Notes: generated from the sequence alone by a model not told the origin. Shown: positions 46,844-57,138, numbered from the stretch's first letter. The stretch is 57,138 nucleotides of DNA from Candidatus Thorarchaeota archaeon (GCA_020348985.1 CP070761.1:1651227-1708364), one strand, 5' to 3'. Translations and numbers: made by a program.

Positions 46844-47839
46844 CTATGTATCGAGAAGGTTGATTGTCCGGCCTAGGTCCCTTGATTTCGCCTGTTCCAG
46901 AACAACATAGGCGGCCGCAATGTCTTGAGCTGCGATACCCGTCGAATCAAAAAGTGTTATCTCATCTTCTGTTTCGCGGCCCGCTTTTTTCCCGATAAGA
47001 ATTTGACCTATCTCGGCATGGATATCAGTCTCGGCAATCAACCCTTGTGAGAGAGCATGCTGAATCTCTCCGATCTTTCGACACTGTGCCATGCTATCAA
47101 CCACTATCTTGTCAGCCTTCTTCACAATCATGGGATCTAGCTCTTGCTTTCCTGGACCATCAGCACCAATAGCATTGATGTGAACGCCCTTTTCTACCCA
47201 CTCTGCATTGACAAGTGCTTCTCTTGAAGGTGTTACAGTCACAACAATGTCAGCACCACGAACGACGCTCTCGACATTATCCTTTGCAGTCACATCAATC
47301 CCCATTCTGTCCGACATTTCCCTAGCATAATCGATTCCTGCCTTATCGATAATGTCCCAAACTTGGATTTCTTCCAAGGAGAACACCTCATTCAAAGCGA
47401 GTACCTGCATCCTTGCTTGAGTTCCTGCACCAACTAATCCGACCTTTGCCGAGTCCCTTCTGGCCAGCAAGCTTGCTGCTACGGCTCCCGCAGCTCCCGT
47501 TCGGTACGCCGTGATGTACGTCCCGTCCATGACTGCTAGCGGCATACTGGTTCTCAAGTCCATCAAAACGATTATCGCAACCCCTGGAGGGAGGCCCATC
47601 TTCTGATTGTCATAAAAACCACTTGCGATTTTGGTGCCAATTAGACCGAAATCTTCGACATATCCAGACTTTATGTCAATCTCTCCGTTGTGTATGCTGA
47701 CATCCAAATGGGCAACTGGCGCCAGCTCAACGGATCCTTTCGAAAAGGCAACATAGGCTTCTCGAACGGCCTCAATCGTCTTATCCATTGGCAGACATGA
47801 CTGGACTTCTTGCTGTGTCAAGATGCGTACTTCTGACAT
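46844..47839 (-). CDS. Ornithine cyclodeaminase / mu-crystallin family (archaeal alanine dehydrogenase-like)
   Basis: ITAYRTGAAGA, GAGTQA, HINAIGAD.PGKQEL and FDSTG.A.QD. Confidence 0.92.
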   Translation of the reverse strand: MSEVRILTQQEVQSCLPMDKTIEAVREAYVAFSKGSVELAPVAHLDVSIHNGEIDIKSGYVEDFGLIGTKIASGFYDNQKMGLPPGVAIIVLMDLRTSMPLAVMDGTYITAYRTGAAGAVAASLLARRDSAKVGLVGAGTQARMQVLALNEVFSLEEIQVWDIIDKAGIDYAREMSDRMGIDVTAKDNVESVVRGADIVVTVTPSREALVNAEWVEKGVHINAIGADGPGKQELDPMIVKKADKIVVDSMAQCRKIGEIQHALSQGLIAETDIHAEIGQILIGKKAGRETEDEITLFDSTGIAAQDIAAAYVVLEQAKSRDLGRTINLLDT

Positions 47840-47978
47840 TGCAATCGCAGTCGGTTTTGAATCCTGTCTAATGACTGTTCGGGAAAGAGACATGCGTTTG
47901 TCAAGGAGCTTTGGTCATGCTAGAACGAAATCTCCAGACTACGATGTTCCAAATCGAGGAATGATCGATGAAGCTTAC

Positions 47979-48086
47979 GGGAACTGTGGCAAGCCGTAGG
48001 AAATCGCAGAAGGAATACTCTATCTTGTCACGGCAGAGTTCTGCACTGGAACGTCTCTCTCAGTGGATGGTGGTATGACTCTCTAG
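47979..48086 (+). pseudogene. Short-chain dehydrogenase C-terminal remnant
   Basis: GNCGKP*EIAEGILYLVTAEFCTGTSLSVDGGMTL* matches the SDR tail G.PEEIA..V.FL....TG..L.VDGG. Confidence 0.7.
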
Positions 48087-48119
48087 AAAGGTTCATCACA
48101 GAGTCTTCTGCGTGTCTAG

Positions 48120-49070
48120 GTGATGAGTTCAGCAGACCAAGCTAGCGTTGCAAGTGAGACACAGCTTGAATTGATTGAGAGAGAATCATCAAGCGAACCG
48201 CGTCTCTTGCGAGTGATGAACGACAATCTTGTTGCCGCCACGTTCATTATTGAGTCCTCTTCGGCGCTTGAGATTCTGTTGGAACCATGGACCGTGGGTG
48301 CCAGATTGGCCCACCTTGCCCGGTCCAGCAGCGTGGACTTCCTCAAGGCCGCAGGAAGCCAAGTGAATGAGCTGAAGGAGGCCCGTTTTGAGAATGTCAC
48401 AGAGGTTGTTCCACTCGCCGGCGCACTCTACTACAGTATGGCCGAAGCTTTCGAAACAGTATTCGGAGAAGCAATCAACCGCTGTTTCATTGGTGCGAAA
48501 CGCAACCTAACTCCTACAGGTTGGATGACCGAACTGTCCTACGAAAACTTCGAGGCGATGTCTCCAGAGCCGATCATTCTGATAGGAGACACAATCGCAA
48601 CAGGTGGAACCATTGAAAGCATAATCAACGCCACCGTAGACAACTGCAAAAACATTGAGGCTATTGTGATCTACTCAATAGCCGGAGGATTGGTCGGCGC
48701 GATCCGTATATCGAAGCTTGCCGAGAAGCTGGAGATACCAATCTATCAATTCTACTCAAATGCAATCTTCGGCGTCGAACCAAACGGTACAGACATGCCT
48801 TGGCTACATCCGGGCACCATAGTATCTCAGCAGATTCGGGAGCGGGCAGAGTCAACGTACGGGCCGGACTTAGGCAGACGATGGTGCTCAATCTGGGACT
48901 GGGGGGATAGAGCAAAGCACCCGATCAAGCATCTCACTGAGCTTATTGAGAGATGTGAGGATGAATTAGCAAAGGATGTAACTGAAGAAACCAAGAGTGT
49001 CCTAGAGGAGTTTCTCCAAGAAACGCAAGACGCACTAAAGAAGTGGAAGGGACCAATTCAAAAGCTCTGA
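48120..49070 (+). CDS. Phosphoribosyltransferase-fold protein
   Basis: IILIGDTIATGGT PRPP-binding loop. Confidence 0.75.
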   Translation: MMSSADQASVASETQLELIERESSSEPRLLRVMNDNLVAATFIIESSSALEILLEPWTVGARLAHLARSSSVDFLKAAGSQVNELKEARFENVTEVVPLAGALYYSMAEAFETVFGEAINRCFIGAKRNLTPTGWMTELSYENFEAMSPEPIILIGDTIATGGTIESIINATVDNCKNIEAIVIYSIAGGLVGAIRISKLAEKLEIPIYQFYSNAIFGVEPNGTDMPWLHPGTIVSQQIRERAESTYGPDLGRRWCSIWDWGDRAKHPIKHLTELIERCEDELAKDVTEETKSVLEEFLQETQDALKKWKGPIQKL

Positions 49071-49115
49071 AGAGGCACCCTTCCGCCTGTCTGTATTCTG
49101 GTAGAGGATTACAAC

Positions 49116-49700
49116 TCAACCTCCCAGAGCCAGTCCGTACGCTTCGTGGAAAGCAATCTCTTCCAGAGTCTTCCTAGAAATGGGAGAGGGGCTCTCGTCC
49201 GGAACGCCGAGTAAAACAAGGGCAACGATACTCGCAGCCTCAGGGATTCGAAGTGCATTCTTTACTTCTTTGACGTTCTCGGTGTTTCTTGAGTCAAGCA
49301 TGGCAATCCAGCAGGAGCCATAGCCGAGGGCTGTGGCCGCTAATACCACATGCTCAGTTGCAATCATGGTGTCCAGAATATGCCACTGCGATGGATTTCC
49401 TGGGCAACACGATGCCTGTTTATCTGCTATGGCCACGATTATGGTGTTTGCATCGGCGATGAATCTCTGATTCCCAGCCACAAGCGTGAGAAGATCCTTA
49501 GTGGCCTGTTCCTTCACAACTATGTATTTCCAGGGTTGAGTATTGTTTGTGGAGGGTGCCAGGCGAGCCGCTTCCAGAATCTTGGCTATGTCTTCCTGAG
49601 GAATGTCTATCTCTTTGTATCTTCGTATACTGCGTCTATTCCCTACAACTTGGAAGAACTCTTCTGATCGAAAAGATTCAAAAATCTCGCTCCTAGTCAT
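49116..49700 (-). CDS. Nitroreductase family protein
   Basis: RRSIRRY, APSTNNTQPW and LAATALGYGSCWI. Confidence 0.93.
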   Translation of the reverse strand: MTRSEIFESFRSEEFFQVVGNRRSIRRYKEIDIPQEDIAKILEAARLAPSTNNTQPWKYIVVKEQATKDLLTLVAGNQRFIADANTIIVAIADKQASCCPGNPSQWHILDTMIATEHVVLAATALGYGSCWIAMLDSRNTENVKEVKNALRIPEAASIVALVLLGVPDESPSPISRKTLEEIAFHEAYGLALGG

Positions 49701-49722
49701 ATAATCCTACTCCGAACAGTCT

Positions 49723-49780
49723 TATCGGACACCCAATACATCAATAGATGGCTACTTAAATCTATCGGACATCCAATACA
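49723..49780. promoter_or_regulatory. Tandem operator pair upstream of the nitroreductase
   Basis: TATCGGACACCCAATACA (49723-49740) and TATCGGACATCCAATACA (49763-49780). Each is an imperfect TATYGG-N4-CCRATA palindrome; together they flank a minus-strand TTTAAGTA. Confidence 0.65.
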
Positions 49781-49800
49781 AAATGAGCTCTGGCTGACAA

Positions 49801-50544
49801 TCATAGGCTAGAACATGTAGGACAATTCGGATTTCTTCCAATCTCGACCGAGTCGAAGTCCATGAACTCACCGTCGAAGTAGATCAGTCTGCCTTTCAGT
49901 GTTTCACCGATTCCTGTGATGAGCTTCAATGTTTCTATCACTTGAAGTGTTCCAAACAGCCCTGGTGTGGCGCCTAGGACTGGAAATGTGGTCACAGGCT
50001 CTGGTTCTTCCGGAATGATGCATTTGAGACAAGGACCCTCGCCAGGAATAATCGTCGTTATCTGACCTGATAACCCGATGATTCCGGCGTGGACAAAAGG
50101 TATCTTGCTTCTAACACACGCATCATTCACAATGAACCTTGTATCCCAGTTGTCCAGTGCATCCACTACAACTGTGGCTCCGTCGATTATGTTATCGACG
50201 TTGTGCATCGTTACCTCAGTAATCTTCTCTGTCACCGAAATCGCCGGATTGAAGCCGTTGAGCTTCTCTCTTGCAACTTCCACCTTGTGGCGACCAATGT
50301 CCTTCTCCCACCCGAGCACCTGCCGATTGAGATTGCTTAGCTCAAAGGTCTCTTTGTCGACCAGTACTAGATTACCTACTCCTGCAGCAGCCAAATAGAG
50401 TGAAACAGGACATCCAAGTCCACCCAATCCCACAACGACAACCTTCGCAGATTTCAGTAGAAGCTGACCTTCTTCTCCCCATCCAGAGATCATTATCTGA
50501 CGGTGATATCTATCCAGCTCGGAGTTTGACAGAGGGACATCCAT
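49801..50544 (-). CDS. moeB: HesA/MoeB/ThiF-family adenylyltransferase
   Basis: RYHRQI, GLGGLG, ELSNLNRQ, DALDN, PCLKC and CPTC. Confidence 0.9.
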   Translation of the reverse strand: MDVPLSNSELDRYHRQIMISGWGEEGQLLLKSAKVVVVGLGGLGCPVSLYLAAAGVGNLVLVDKETFELSNLNRQVLGWEKDIGRHKVEVAREKLNGFNPAISVTEKITEVTMHNVDNIIDGATVVVDALDNWDTRFIVNDACVRSKIPFVHAGIIGLSGQITTIIPGEGPCLKCIIPEEPEPVTTFPVLGATPGLFGTLQVIETLKLITGIGETLKGRLIYFDGEFMDFDSVEIGRNPNCPTCSSL

Positions 50545-50591
50545 CTATGCAACCCAATCCCTCATAGTCATAATACGTGATAAATCGGTTG

Positions 50592-51581
50592 CTAGCCATC
50601 CTCTTCTGATGCCTTCCTAGCTTGGCTAATCTGAACGGCGGCCACACTCAGTCCAATCAGAATCAATCCAATCCAATCGAGTACATCTGGCATCTCCCCA
50701 AGAAACAAGATAGACAATACGACAATCTGAGGCAACATTGTGCTGTTGATTAGAGTCGTATCTATCGCGCGCAGAGTTTGCATCGCTTTATTCCACAGAG
50801 TGAACGCAAAGGCAGTGTTGACAACACTCAGCCACAGTATATAGAACCACGACAGGGGACTAATCGCCACTGGGCCTTCAAGAAGCAATCCTGCCAAGAG
50901 CAGAAGTGCAGAGCCAATCGCCATGCTCATACCTGTTACTACAACCGAAGGTGCTCGCTTTTCTCGATTGATTGCTCGGCCTATGATGGACGAGAATGCG
51001 TTTGCGATGACTCCACAGACAACTACCAGAAGACCGAGCATTTCAGCACCTGCTAGGCTGACGGGATGGAAGTACAAGAAAACGCCAATAACACTCAGGA
51101 CAATCCATGCAATCTGCGTAGAGGCTGGTCTCTCTCTTAGTAGGAAGACACCTAAGACAAGAACGACCATGGGAGTCAGGTTCAGCAGCATTGATACTGT
51201 GATCGCTTCCAGCAATGCAAGACCAACAAACTGTGCACCTTGTGTCACTGCAACAAATACAATCCCATAGATAGTAATCTGTGCCCACCAGTCTCTTCTC
51301 TGTGATCTCACAGAAACACGAAGATCCACTCTGGATGCGATGACTCCCAGAAGGATTACTGCTGCAATCGTGTATCTAAGGCCTGAAAATGTGACTGGGG
51401 GCAGCTCTTCCAAACCAAACTTGATAATCACCCACGAGGAGGACCAGAGAACAGTCACCAACAGTGCCAAACCAACGGCACGTAGCCAACCCAGGGCGTC
51501 GGTCTTCTCTTTCTTCTCAGTGACTTCGATATCACCCTTTGGAACTCCTTCTAAGTCCATTCTTTCCTTTTCTCCTGTCAA
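50592..51581 (-). CDS. DMT/EamA-family transporter
   Basis: LWSSSW..IKFGL..LPP.TF...R; two EamA repeats. Start may be the ATG at 51560. Confidence 0.92.
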   Translation of the reverse strand: MTGEKERMDLEGVPKGDIEVTEKKEKTDALGWLRAVGLALLVTVLWSSSWVIIKFGLEELPPVTFSGLRYTIAAVILLGVIASRVDLRVSVRSQRRDWWAQITIYGIVFVAVTQGAQFVGLALLEAITVSMLLNLTPMVVLVLGVFLLRERPASTQIAWIVLSVIGVFLYFHPVSLAGAEMLGLLVVVCGVIANAFSSIIGRAINREKRAPSVVVTGMSMAIGSALLLLAGLLLEGPVAISPLSWFYILWLSVVNTAFAFTLWNKAMQTLRAIDTTLINSTMLPQIVVLSILFLGEMPDVLDWIGLILIGLSVAAVQISQARKASEEDG

Positions 51582-51613
51582 TGCGAAGGATTCATTTTGG
51601 AATTAGGATAATG

Positions 51614-51627
51614 CCGTCGTACGACGG
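51614..51627. promoter_or_regulatory. Palindromic operator between the EamA gene and the HTH_10 regulator
   Basis: Perfect CCGTCGTACGACGG. Confidence 0.65.
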
Positions 51628-51636
51628 GTGCATATA

Positions 51637-52287
51637 ATGGTCGTTCAGTGTACGATTGAAGTGACCGCAGAGGACTATTACTCGTGCGATTTGACTAGGA
51701 GAATACCAGTGAGAGTCTCAATTATAACCATCAATGGTGATACTGGTTTTGGGATAGTTGAGCCAACAGATGGAAGGGAACAATCAATCAAGGACTACGT
51801 GAACGCAATGAGCTCGTCTGGAAGCATAAAGAGAGTCGACGTGACATTCAGTTCCCCCGCTGGCTATTGGACAGAGGTTGTTCACCACATGGGCCGGCCT
51901 TCAATCTACGAGACAGTTCTCCAGAGCGGATGCATGACTCAGCTCCCAGTCGTAATCCAACAAGGAATTCAGACACACAGAGTGCTTGCACCCTCTCGAA
52001 ACGCTCTCAGAGATCTTCTAAAGACCTTGAGATTGCGATTCGCAAAGGTCTCGGTTAAGCAGTTGAAGTCCACCAAACTCGGAGGTACCGGCATTACACT
52101 CACCGAGAAGCAGAAGGAAGCATTTCTCCTAGCAATACGTCGTGGCTATTACTCGATTCCTCGAGGAGTCAAGCTTGAGGATTTGTGCAAGGAGTTAAGC
52201 ATTAAACGCGTGGCAATACAAGAACGTCTGAGGAGGGCTGAGATTCAGATTCTCAACTCCTACGCTGAGGAATTACTCGGAAACTGA
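51637..52287 (+). CDS. Bat-like (HTH_10) transcriptional regulator
   Basis: LTEKQKEAFLLAIRRGYYSIPR...ERLRRAE. Confidence 0.9.
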   Translation: MVVQCTIEVTAEDYYSCDLTRRIPVRVSIITINGDTGFGIVEPTDGREQSIKDYVNAMSSSGSIKRVDVTFSSPAGYWTEVVHHMGRPSIYETVLQSGCMTQLPVVIQQGIQTHRVLAPSRNALRDLLKTLRLRFAKVSVKQLKSTKLGGTGITLTEKQKEAFLLAIRRGYYSIPRGVKLEDLCKELSIKRVAIQERLRRAEIQILNSYAEELLGN

Positions 52288-52318
52288 TGTTTGTTCAAAT
52301 CATTGTTCGCTTGACACT

Positions 52319-54328
52319 TCATCTCTTCAAAATCTCAAGTGCCTTCTTTGCGATATGTTCTGATGTGAACCCATATTCCTTGAAGAGGACCTTGTGGGGC
52401 GCTGAAGACCCAAAGCACTCAATGGAGATTACATCTCCTCCCGCACCCACCCACTGCTCCCATCCTTGGGAGATTCCTGCTTCTACAGCCAAGCGCGCTG
52501 TTATCGAATCTGGCAACACAGACCTTCTGTATTCATCATCCTGCTCAGAGAATAGCTCCCAGCTCGGGAAGGATACCAGCCGCACGCCGATGCCATCTGC
52601 TGCGAGTTTTTGAGCCGCTTCCACTATCAAGTGCAGTTCTGATCCTGTTGCCATCAAGATAATCTCGACAGCCTCGTCACCGAGATCTGCAAGCACATAG
52701 GCACCTTTTCTGAGTCCCTCGGCAGATTGTAGACTCTTTCTGTCCAGAATTGGAATATTCTGTCTGGTTAGTGCGATCAATGTCGGACCTGTCTTACGAC
52801 TGACAGCAACCTTCCATGCTTCCACTACTTCATTAGCGTCTCCTGGGCGAATCACAACAAGATCTGGAATCGCACGGAGCGCAGCTAGATGCTCTATTGG
52901 CTGATGAGTTGGGCCATCCTCACCCAGTCCAATACTATCATGTGTAAATATCCAAATGGAGTGGTGTCGTGATAGTGATGACAATCTGATGGCCGGACGC
53001 ATATAGTCGGAGAAGACAAGGAAAGATGCTCCGTACGGAATGATGCCCCCATGGGCTGCGAGGCCGTTCACTATGGCCCCCATTGCATGCTCTCGCACAC
53101 CGAAGTATAGGTTGCGTCCTTCCGGACTATCTTTCTGAAACGCGACACTGCTGTCAATCCAAGTCTTGTTTGATCCGGTGAGGTCTGCAGACCCTCCCAT
53201 CAATTCACCCAACCGTGCAGCAAGCACATTCAAGGTTTTCCCAGAAGCCGCGCGCGTAGCAATTTCACCCTGGTCCGGAGTAAACACAGGAAGGTCCGAG
53301 TCCCAGTCATCAATCAAATCACGATCCATTCGTCGCTCAAACTCTGAAGCTGTCTCTGGATATCTTTGCCTGTAATCATCCAGCAAGGCTTGCCACTCAG
53401 TTTCAAACGCTTCACCATTCGTCACTGCTTGTCGGAAATGTTCAAGCACATCCTCTGGAATGTGGAACCAAGGCTCCAGAGGCCAACCCAAATTCTTTTT
53501 CGCGCCCGCCAACTCCTCTTCTCCTGCGGGCTCACCATGAGCCTTGGCGGTGTCTTGCTTCGTAGGAAGACCGTAGCCAATGTGCGTTCTACATAGAATT
53601 ATGGAAGGACGAGCATCTTGTTTTGCTTTTGCAATCGCCTTGTCGACTTTTTCAAAGTCATTACCATCATCGACTCTCTGTGTGTGCCATCCGAATGCCT
53701 CAAACCTAGCGGCTACATTCTCAGTGAATGTCAGGTCAGTACTGCCATCAATCGAGATTTTGTTATCATCATAAAGCACAATCAGTTTGCCCAATCCCAG
53801 ATGCCCTGCCAATGAAGCTGCTTCTGACGAAACTCCCTCCATCATGTCGCCATCGGTGGCGATAATGTAAGTATAGTGATCAACAATCTTTGCATCAGGT
53901 TTGTTGAGCACAGCACTGAGATGTTTCTCAGCAATCGCCATGCCAACCCCATTACCGAACCCCTGTCCCAATGGTCCAGTAGTGACCTCAACACCTGGAG
54001 TAAGCCAGCATTCAGGATGGCCTGGAGTCTTACTCTCCCATTGCCTGAAGTTCTTCACTTCGTCAATTGACAAGTCATAGCCAGTAAGGTGAAGAAGTGA
54101 GTAAAGGAGCATTGAGCCATGACCGCCAGAAAGAATGAACCTGTCCCGATTATACCAATCGGGATTCTTTGGATTGTGTCTAAGGTGCTTGGTCCACAAA
54201 GTGTATGCAATTACTGCGGTTCCCATTGGCATCCCGGGATGGCCTGAATTAGCCTTCTGAACTGCATCCGCGGACAGGAAGCGAATCGTGTTTACTGCCC
54301 TTTCCATGAGGTCTTCTGAGGGAGTCAA
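52319..54328 (-). CDS. tkt: Transketolase (single-chain, bacterial type)
   Basis: [42 protein letters not shown] and [15 protein letters not shown]. Confidence 0.97.
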   Translation of the reverse strand: MTPSEDLMERAVNTIRFLSADAVQKANSGHPGMPMGTAVIAYTLWTKHLRHNPKNPDWYNRDRFILSGGHGSMLLYSLLHLTGYDLSIDEVKNFRQWESKTPGHPECWLTPGVEVTTGPLGQGFGNGVGMAIAEKHLSAVLNKPDAKIVDHYTYIIATDGDMMEGVSSEAASLAGHLGLGKLIVLYDDNKISIDGSTDLTFTENVAARFEAFGWHTQRVDDGNDFEKVDKAIAKAKQDARPSIILCRTHIGYGLPTKQDTAKAHGEPAGEEELAGAKKNLGWPLEPWFHIPEDVLEHFRQAVTNGEAFETEWQALLDDYRQRYPETASEFERRMDRDLIDDWDSDLPVFTPDQGEIATRAASGKTLNVLAARLGELMGGSADLTGSNKTWIDSSVAFQKDSPEGRNLYFGVREHAMGAIVNGLAAHGGIIPYGASFLVFSDYMRPAIRLSSLSRHHSIWIFTHDSIGLGEDGPTHQPIEHLAALRAIPDLVVIRPGDANEVVEAWKVAVSRKTGPTLIALTRQNIPILDRKSLQSAEGLRKGAYVLADLGDEAVEIILMATGSELHLIVEAAQKLAADGIGVRLVSFPSWELFSEQDDEYRRSVLPDSITARLAVEAGISQGWEQWVGAGGDVISIECFGSSAPHKVLFKEYGFTSEHIAKKALEILKR

Positions 54329-54501
54329 ATGAGGGGTTCTCCTTTTCTTGAGAGCGGAGAGCTCTGTGGGCGTATGCTGTCTGAACCATTCCTCATCATA
54401 ACCGTTGTGGAATACGTTACCCGGAAGAGTCAGTCATCAGGAATGCTGTCTCCCACAAATCGAAACCTTGGATCTGTAATCATGCCCCAGGTGCAATTCA
54501 C

Positions 54502-55071
54502 CTACGATTCGGCAATTAGCTGTCCGGGAGGACACTCCTCAAGAAACTCCTCGCAGAGTATATCCATTGCAGCAAGATCGTGGTATTCACCATCTGAGAA
54601 CATGGCCTTTCTAAAGACTCCAGCGTGTTTGAAGCCTGCCTTTTCATAGGACCTTATCGCCCGCTTGTTCTGAGCCATCACATAAAGATACACGCTTCTT
54701 AGTCCTAGCACGTGAAATGCAATCCAAAGAGTCACGTTGGTGGCATCAGTTCCATAGCCTTTACCGTGCTTCTCGGGGTTGTGGATGGCAACCCCAAACT
54801 CAGCACGTCGGAATGGCTTTGAAATGTCAAACAGACTGGTAGTTCCCAAGAACTCTCCTGACTTCTTGTCCTCAATTACGAGAACCATGCTACCTTGTTC
54901 CCATGGCTGTGCCGTTGTCGCACGTTCAAGCCATTGCTTCTCGGTGGTCTCGGACATGGGGATTGCCGAGCCAAGGAACCGACGTGACTGATACGTATTC
55001 CAATACTTCATCACGTGTTCCAGATCAGTCATCTCCGGCGCTCTCAGCTTCACTAACTTGCCGAAGTACAT
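54502..55071 (-). CDS. RimJ/RimL-type GNAT acetyltransferase
   Basis: LRAPEMTD, RAEFGVAI...GKGYGTDA and N.RAIRSYEKAGF. Confidence 0.9.
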   Translation of the reverse strand: MYFGKLVKLRAPEMTDLEHVMKYWNTYQSRRFLGSAIPMSETTEKQWLERATTAQPWEQGSMVLVIEDKKSGEFLGTTSLFDISKPFRRAEFGVAIHNPEKHGKGYGTDATNVTLWIAFHVLGLRSVYLYVMAQNKRAIRSYEKAGFKHAGVFRKAMFSDGEYHDLAAMDILCEEFLEECPPGQLIAES

Positions 55072-55479
55072 AGCCTTGGAAGCGTGCAGATTCCTGATAA
55101 GGTCTGGGACGTCACCCCACACGGAAATACAGTGTGGGTAAGATCCCTCTGTCCCAAGCCGCATGCCTGGTATATGACATTGAGATCTTACCGCTTGAAG
55201 TAGACCGACGCTATTGCCTCTGTGGATTCGTTCTTTCTAGTCGACCTTCGACGTTTCTTGTTCTTTACTAGAGCCATTTTATTTCTCAAGATAGTATAGG
55301 GTGGTCACTGAATATGCTAATTCTGAGTAAAACTGCCCAAGACCGTGACCACAGAGTGACCATAAGGGCACAGATTTGGCGCATTTCGACAGACTCTTTT
55401 ACAGAAGGGCGAGCACTAGCTGACGGAAAGAAAGGGGCGGAAAACTCTGAGCCCGAAAAAGGAATACTTCGACGAACCG

Positions 55480-56043
55480 TTGATACGGTCCAATTCTTCT
55501 AAAGTGAGATTTCCGAAGGTTTGTCCGGTATGTTCAGAACCTGCAACCAACAACACAAGAGTTACTATCGCTCCAAACAAGAGGCGGTACCTACGTCCCG
55601 AATGGGACCCTGCCTTCTACCCTTCCGCCCGGAGAAGAATGGGTCTTGGTCCCCTAGAGCTGAAGACCTTTGTCGTCCCAGTGTGTGAGGATCACCAATA
55701 CACGGACGAGTTTACATGCAGGCCAAGGGTCCTCTGCATGGTAGGAGATGGTCTCTGCCTAGCCGGCCTAATCTTTGCTCTAATGACATTCGGGAATCTA
55801 CTCTGGGCCGGTCGACCAGTATCAGTCATCGAGCTTTGGCCGTTTGCACTCTTCGGTCTATTCATGATTCTGACACTTGTAGCGTTTCGACCCAATAGGT
55901 TCCAAGCAATGTTCAGAATTGTCGGGTTTGACGTGAACCGCGATAATGTACTCTTTGAGTTCAAAAACAGTGATTATCGTGAAGCCTTTCTACGGGAGAA
56001 CCCAATGAATGCTGACTTGGTGAACTGGGTCATTCGAGTCTAG
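55480..56043 (+). CDS. Hypothetical membrane protein with zinc-binding motifs
   Basis: FPKVCPVC...VPVCEDH, two TM segments and FKNSDYREAF; the start may lie slightly upstream. Confidence 0.75.
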   Translation: MIRSNSSKVRFPKVCPVCSEPATNNTRVTIAPNKRRYLRPEWDPAFYPSARRRMGLGPLELKTFVVPVCEDHQYTDEFTCRPRVLCMVGDGLCLAGLIFALMTFGNLLWAGRPVSVIELWPFALFGLFMILTLVAFRPNRFQAMFRIVGFDVNRDNVLFEFKNSDYREAFLRENPMNADLVNWVIRV

Positions 56044-56139
56044 TCATAACTCTACTGATGAACACATCCAGAATGAGTATATAATGAACCTCTCCTATCT
56101 TGATTCAGTGTAGGGGGTTTTCTAACCTCTGGGTCACAG

Positions 56140-56388
56140 GTGAGAGTATTGAGCAGTGAACTGAAAGACATCACAGTTACTGGGCTTATCTCAAGAATTC
56201 TCGAACGTTATGTCGTAACAACAGATGATGGCACGGAATACGAACTATCGGCCATACTGCCTTGGGAGGCAGTTGCACCAGACCATGGTACACACGTATT
56301 TGCCCAAAATCTAGGGAAGAAGATGACAGTATCTGGTCAGTGTGATGGATACACAATATACGGTGCCAGCCTATCTCCTATCGATTGA
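56140..56388 (+). CDS. Small hypothetical protein
   Basis: 82-aa ORF with globular beta-rich composition (YELSAILPWEAV). Confidence 0.65.
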   Translation: MRVLSSELKDITVTGLISRILERYVVTTDDGTEYELSAILPWEAVAPDHGTHVFAQNLGKKMTVSGQCDGYTIYGASLSPID

Positions 56389-56426
56389 TTTGTCCACCAA
56401 TCGTGTTTCTACAGTTGCATCAACTA

Positions 56427-57138
56427 TCAAGGAGTAGTCCCCATCTGCCGCTTCTGACGGATTTGCTCGATCTTTCCTGTGAAGTCAGTTCTTGCAGCCC
56501 TATCGGCGATAGCCGGCGATATCAACAGAAACAAACAGGCTAAAACCCAGATCGTTGTTAGGTCGACTAGCAAGTGTGTGTAGGTTCCCTGAACCAACAT
56601 CTCAATCATCGTGCGGTAGACGTTGGAGAACGGTGAGTACTCATTGACCACAACAAAGCCCATTCCAACCAATGATAGCGGAGCTATTCCACCGCCAACA
56701 ATCCAATAGAATAGAGCACCCATCGCACTCAACGGCACGACGTAGACAGAGTTTCTCATGAAAGACCCAATAATCACACCCAATCCTGCTGAGAAGAGAG
56801 CCAGAGGCAGAGTCATTAGAAAGAACACAACCAGATCTCCTTTTGGCCAGAGGCCGAAGAGTCCCTGCGCCAAGAGCAATACGGCTGGAACTGAGATATA
56901 ACTCAGGATGACTCCACTGAACATCTTTGCTGTATAGATTGCATTCGCTGATTGATTGGACATTGTCAGCTCGTCCAAGGTTTCTTGCTCGAACTCTTGC
57001 GCTGCAGATGACGCAGACAAGAACAGTGCGCCAAAAGTCAGTCCATAGACGACCACTGTCCAAGCCATATACGCCAGCCTAGGAGGTGTGAACTCGTTAA
57101 GCAATTCAACCTCAAATTTGGAGATTGCAGCGTCTGGC
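56427..57138 (-). CDS. ABC-2 type transporter permease (5' end outside the window)
   Basis: EFEQETLDEL...AKM and GG.APL...SP; about 6 TM; the frame stays open to the window edge. Confidence 0.85.
   Translation of the reverse strand, partial: PDAAISKFEVELLNEFTPPRLAYMAWTVVVYGLTFGALFLSASSAAQEFEQETLDELTMSNQSANAIYTAKMFSGVILSYISVPAVLLLAQGLFGLWPKGDLVVFFLMTLPLALFSAGLGVIIGSFMRNSVYVVPLSAMGALFYWIVGGGIAPLSLVGMGFVVVNEYSPFSNVYRTMIEMLVQGTYTHLLVDLTTIWVLACLFLLISPAIADRAARTDFTGKIEQIRQKRQMGTTP

Noticed and set aside
34468-47999. In-frame TAG codons in the Lrp and SDR remnants as pyrrolysine recoding
   Set aside because: Both remnants have other lesions (frameshift, missing N-terminus), and many intact genes here end in TAG.
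424-57063. Numerous short antisense or alternate-frame ORFs in the supplied track
   Set aside because: They overlap well-supported genes and show no recognisable motifs.
107-57138. tRNA genes or an integrase for the cassette array
   Set aside because: No T-loop/cloverleaf pattern or recombinase catalytic motifs were recognised by eye; tRNAscan-SE and HMM searches would be needed to exclude them.

Overview
Archaeal genomic window; gene content and an unlinked 16S suggest Asgard archaea, probably Thorarchaeota (inference). It opens with the 3' end of a 16S rRNA gene (1-106) that is not followed by tRNA-Ala or 23S. The ~100-bp trailer just after the 16S recurs as six degenerate direct copies (about 1159, 8318, 9160, 12317, 14211, 25754), and one copy includes the 16S 3' end itself. 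These copies divide the first ~26 kb into gene cassettes, with no integrase in view. Two cassettes carry an arsenic/heavy-metal module: acr3, arsR, a merA remnant, DGC-domain proteins, DUF5714, two lipoate-ligase homologues, a DGC-lipoyl (GcvH-like) fusion, a stand-alone HdrA-N-like protein and a ferredoxin. A shared TATCGA-N6-TCGATA operator links these genes. A later block has two PARP-type zinc-finger paralogues, Hsp20, an AbrB-like gene and a ribbon-helix-helix gene, tied together by helically phased TTGTATACAA arrays. The rest is mostly metabolic: hbd/crt-type enzymes, acetoacetate-CoA ligase, larE, tupABC-moaA-moaE/C-moaB-moeA with a shared operator, ilvA-type dehydratase, OCD/AlaDH, moeB, transketolase and transporters, plus several gene remnants. 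All calls come from reading the sequence by eye; no searches were run.
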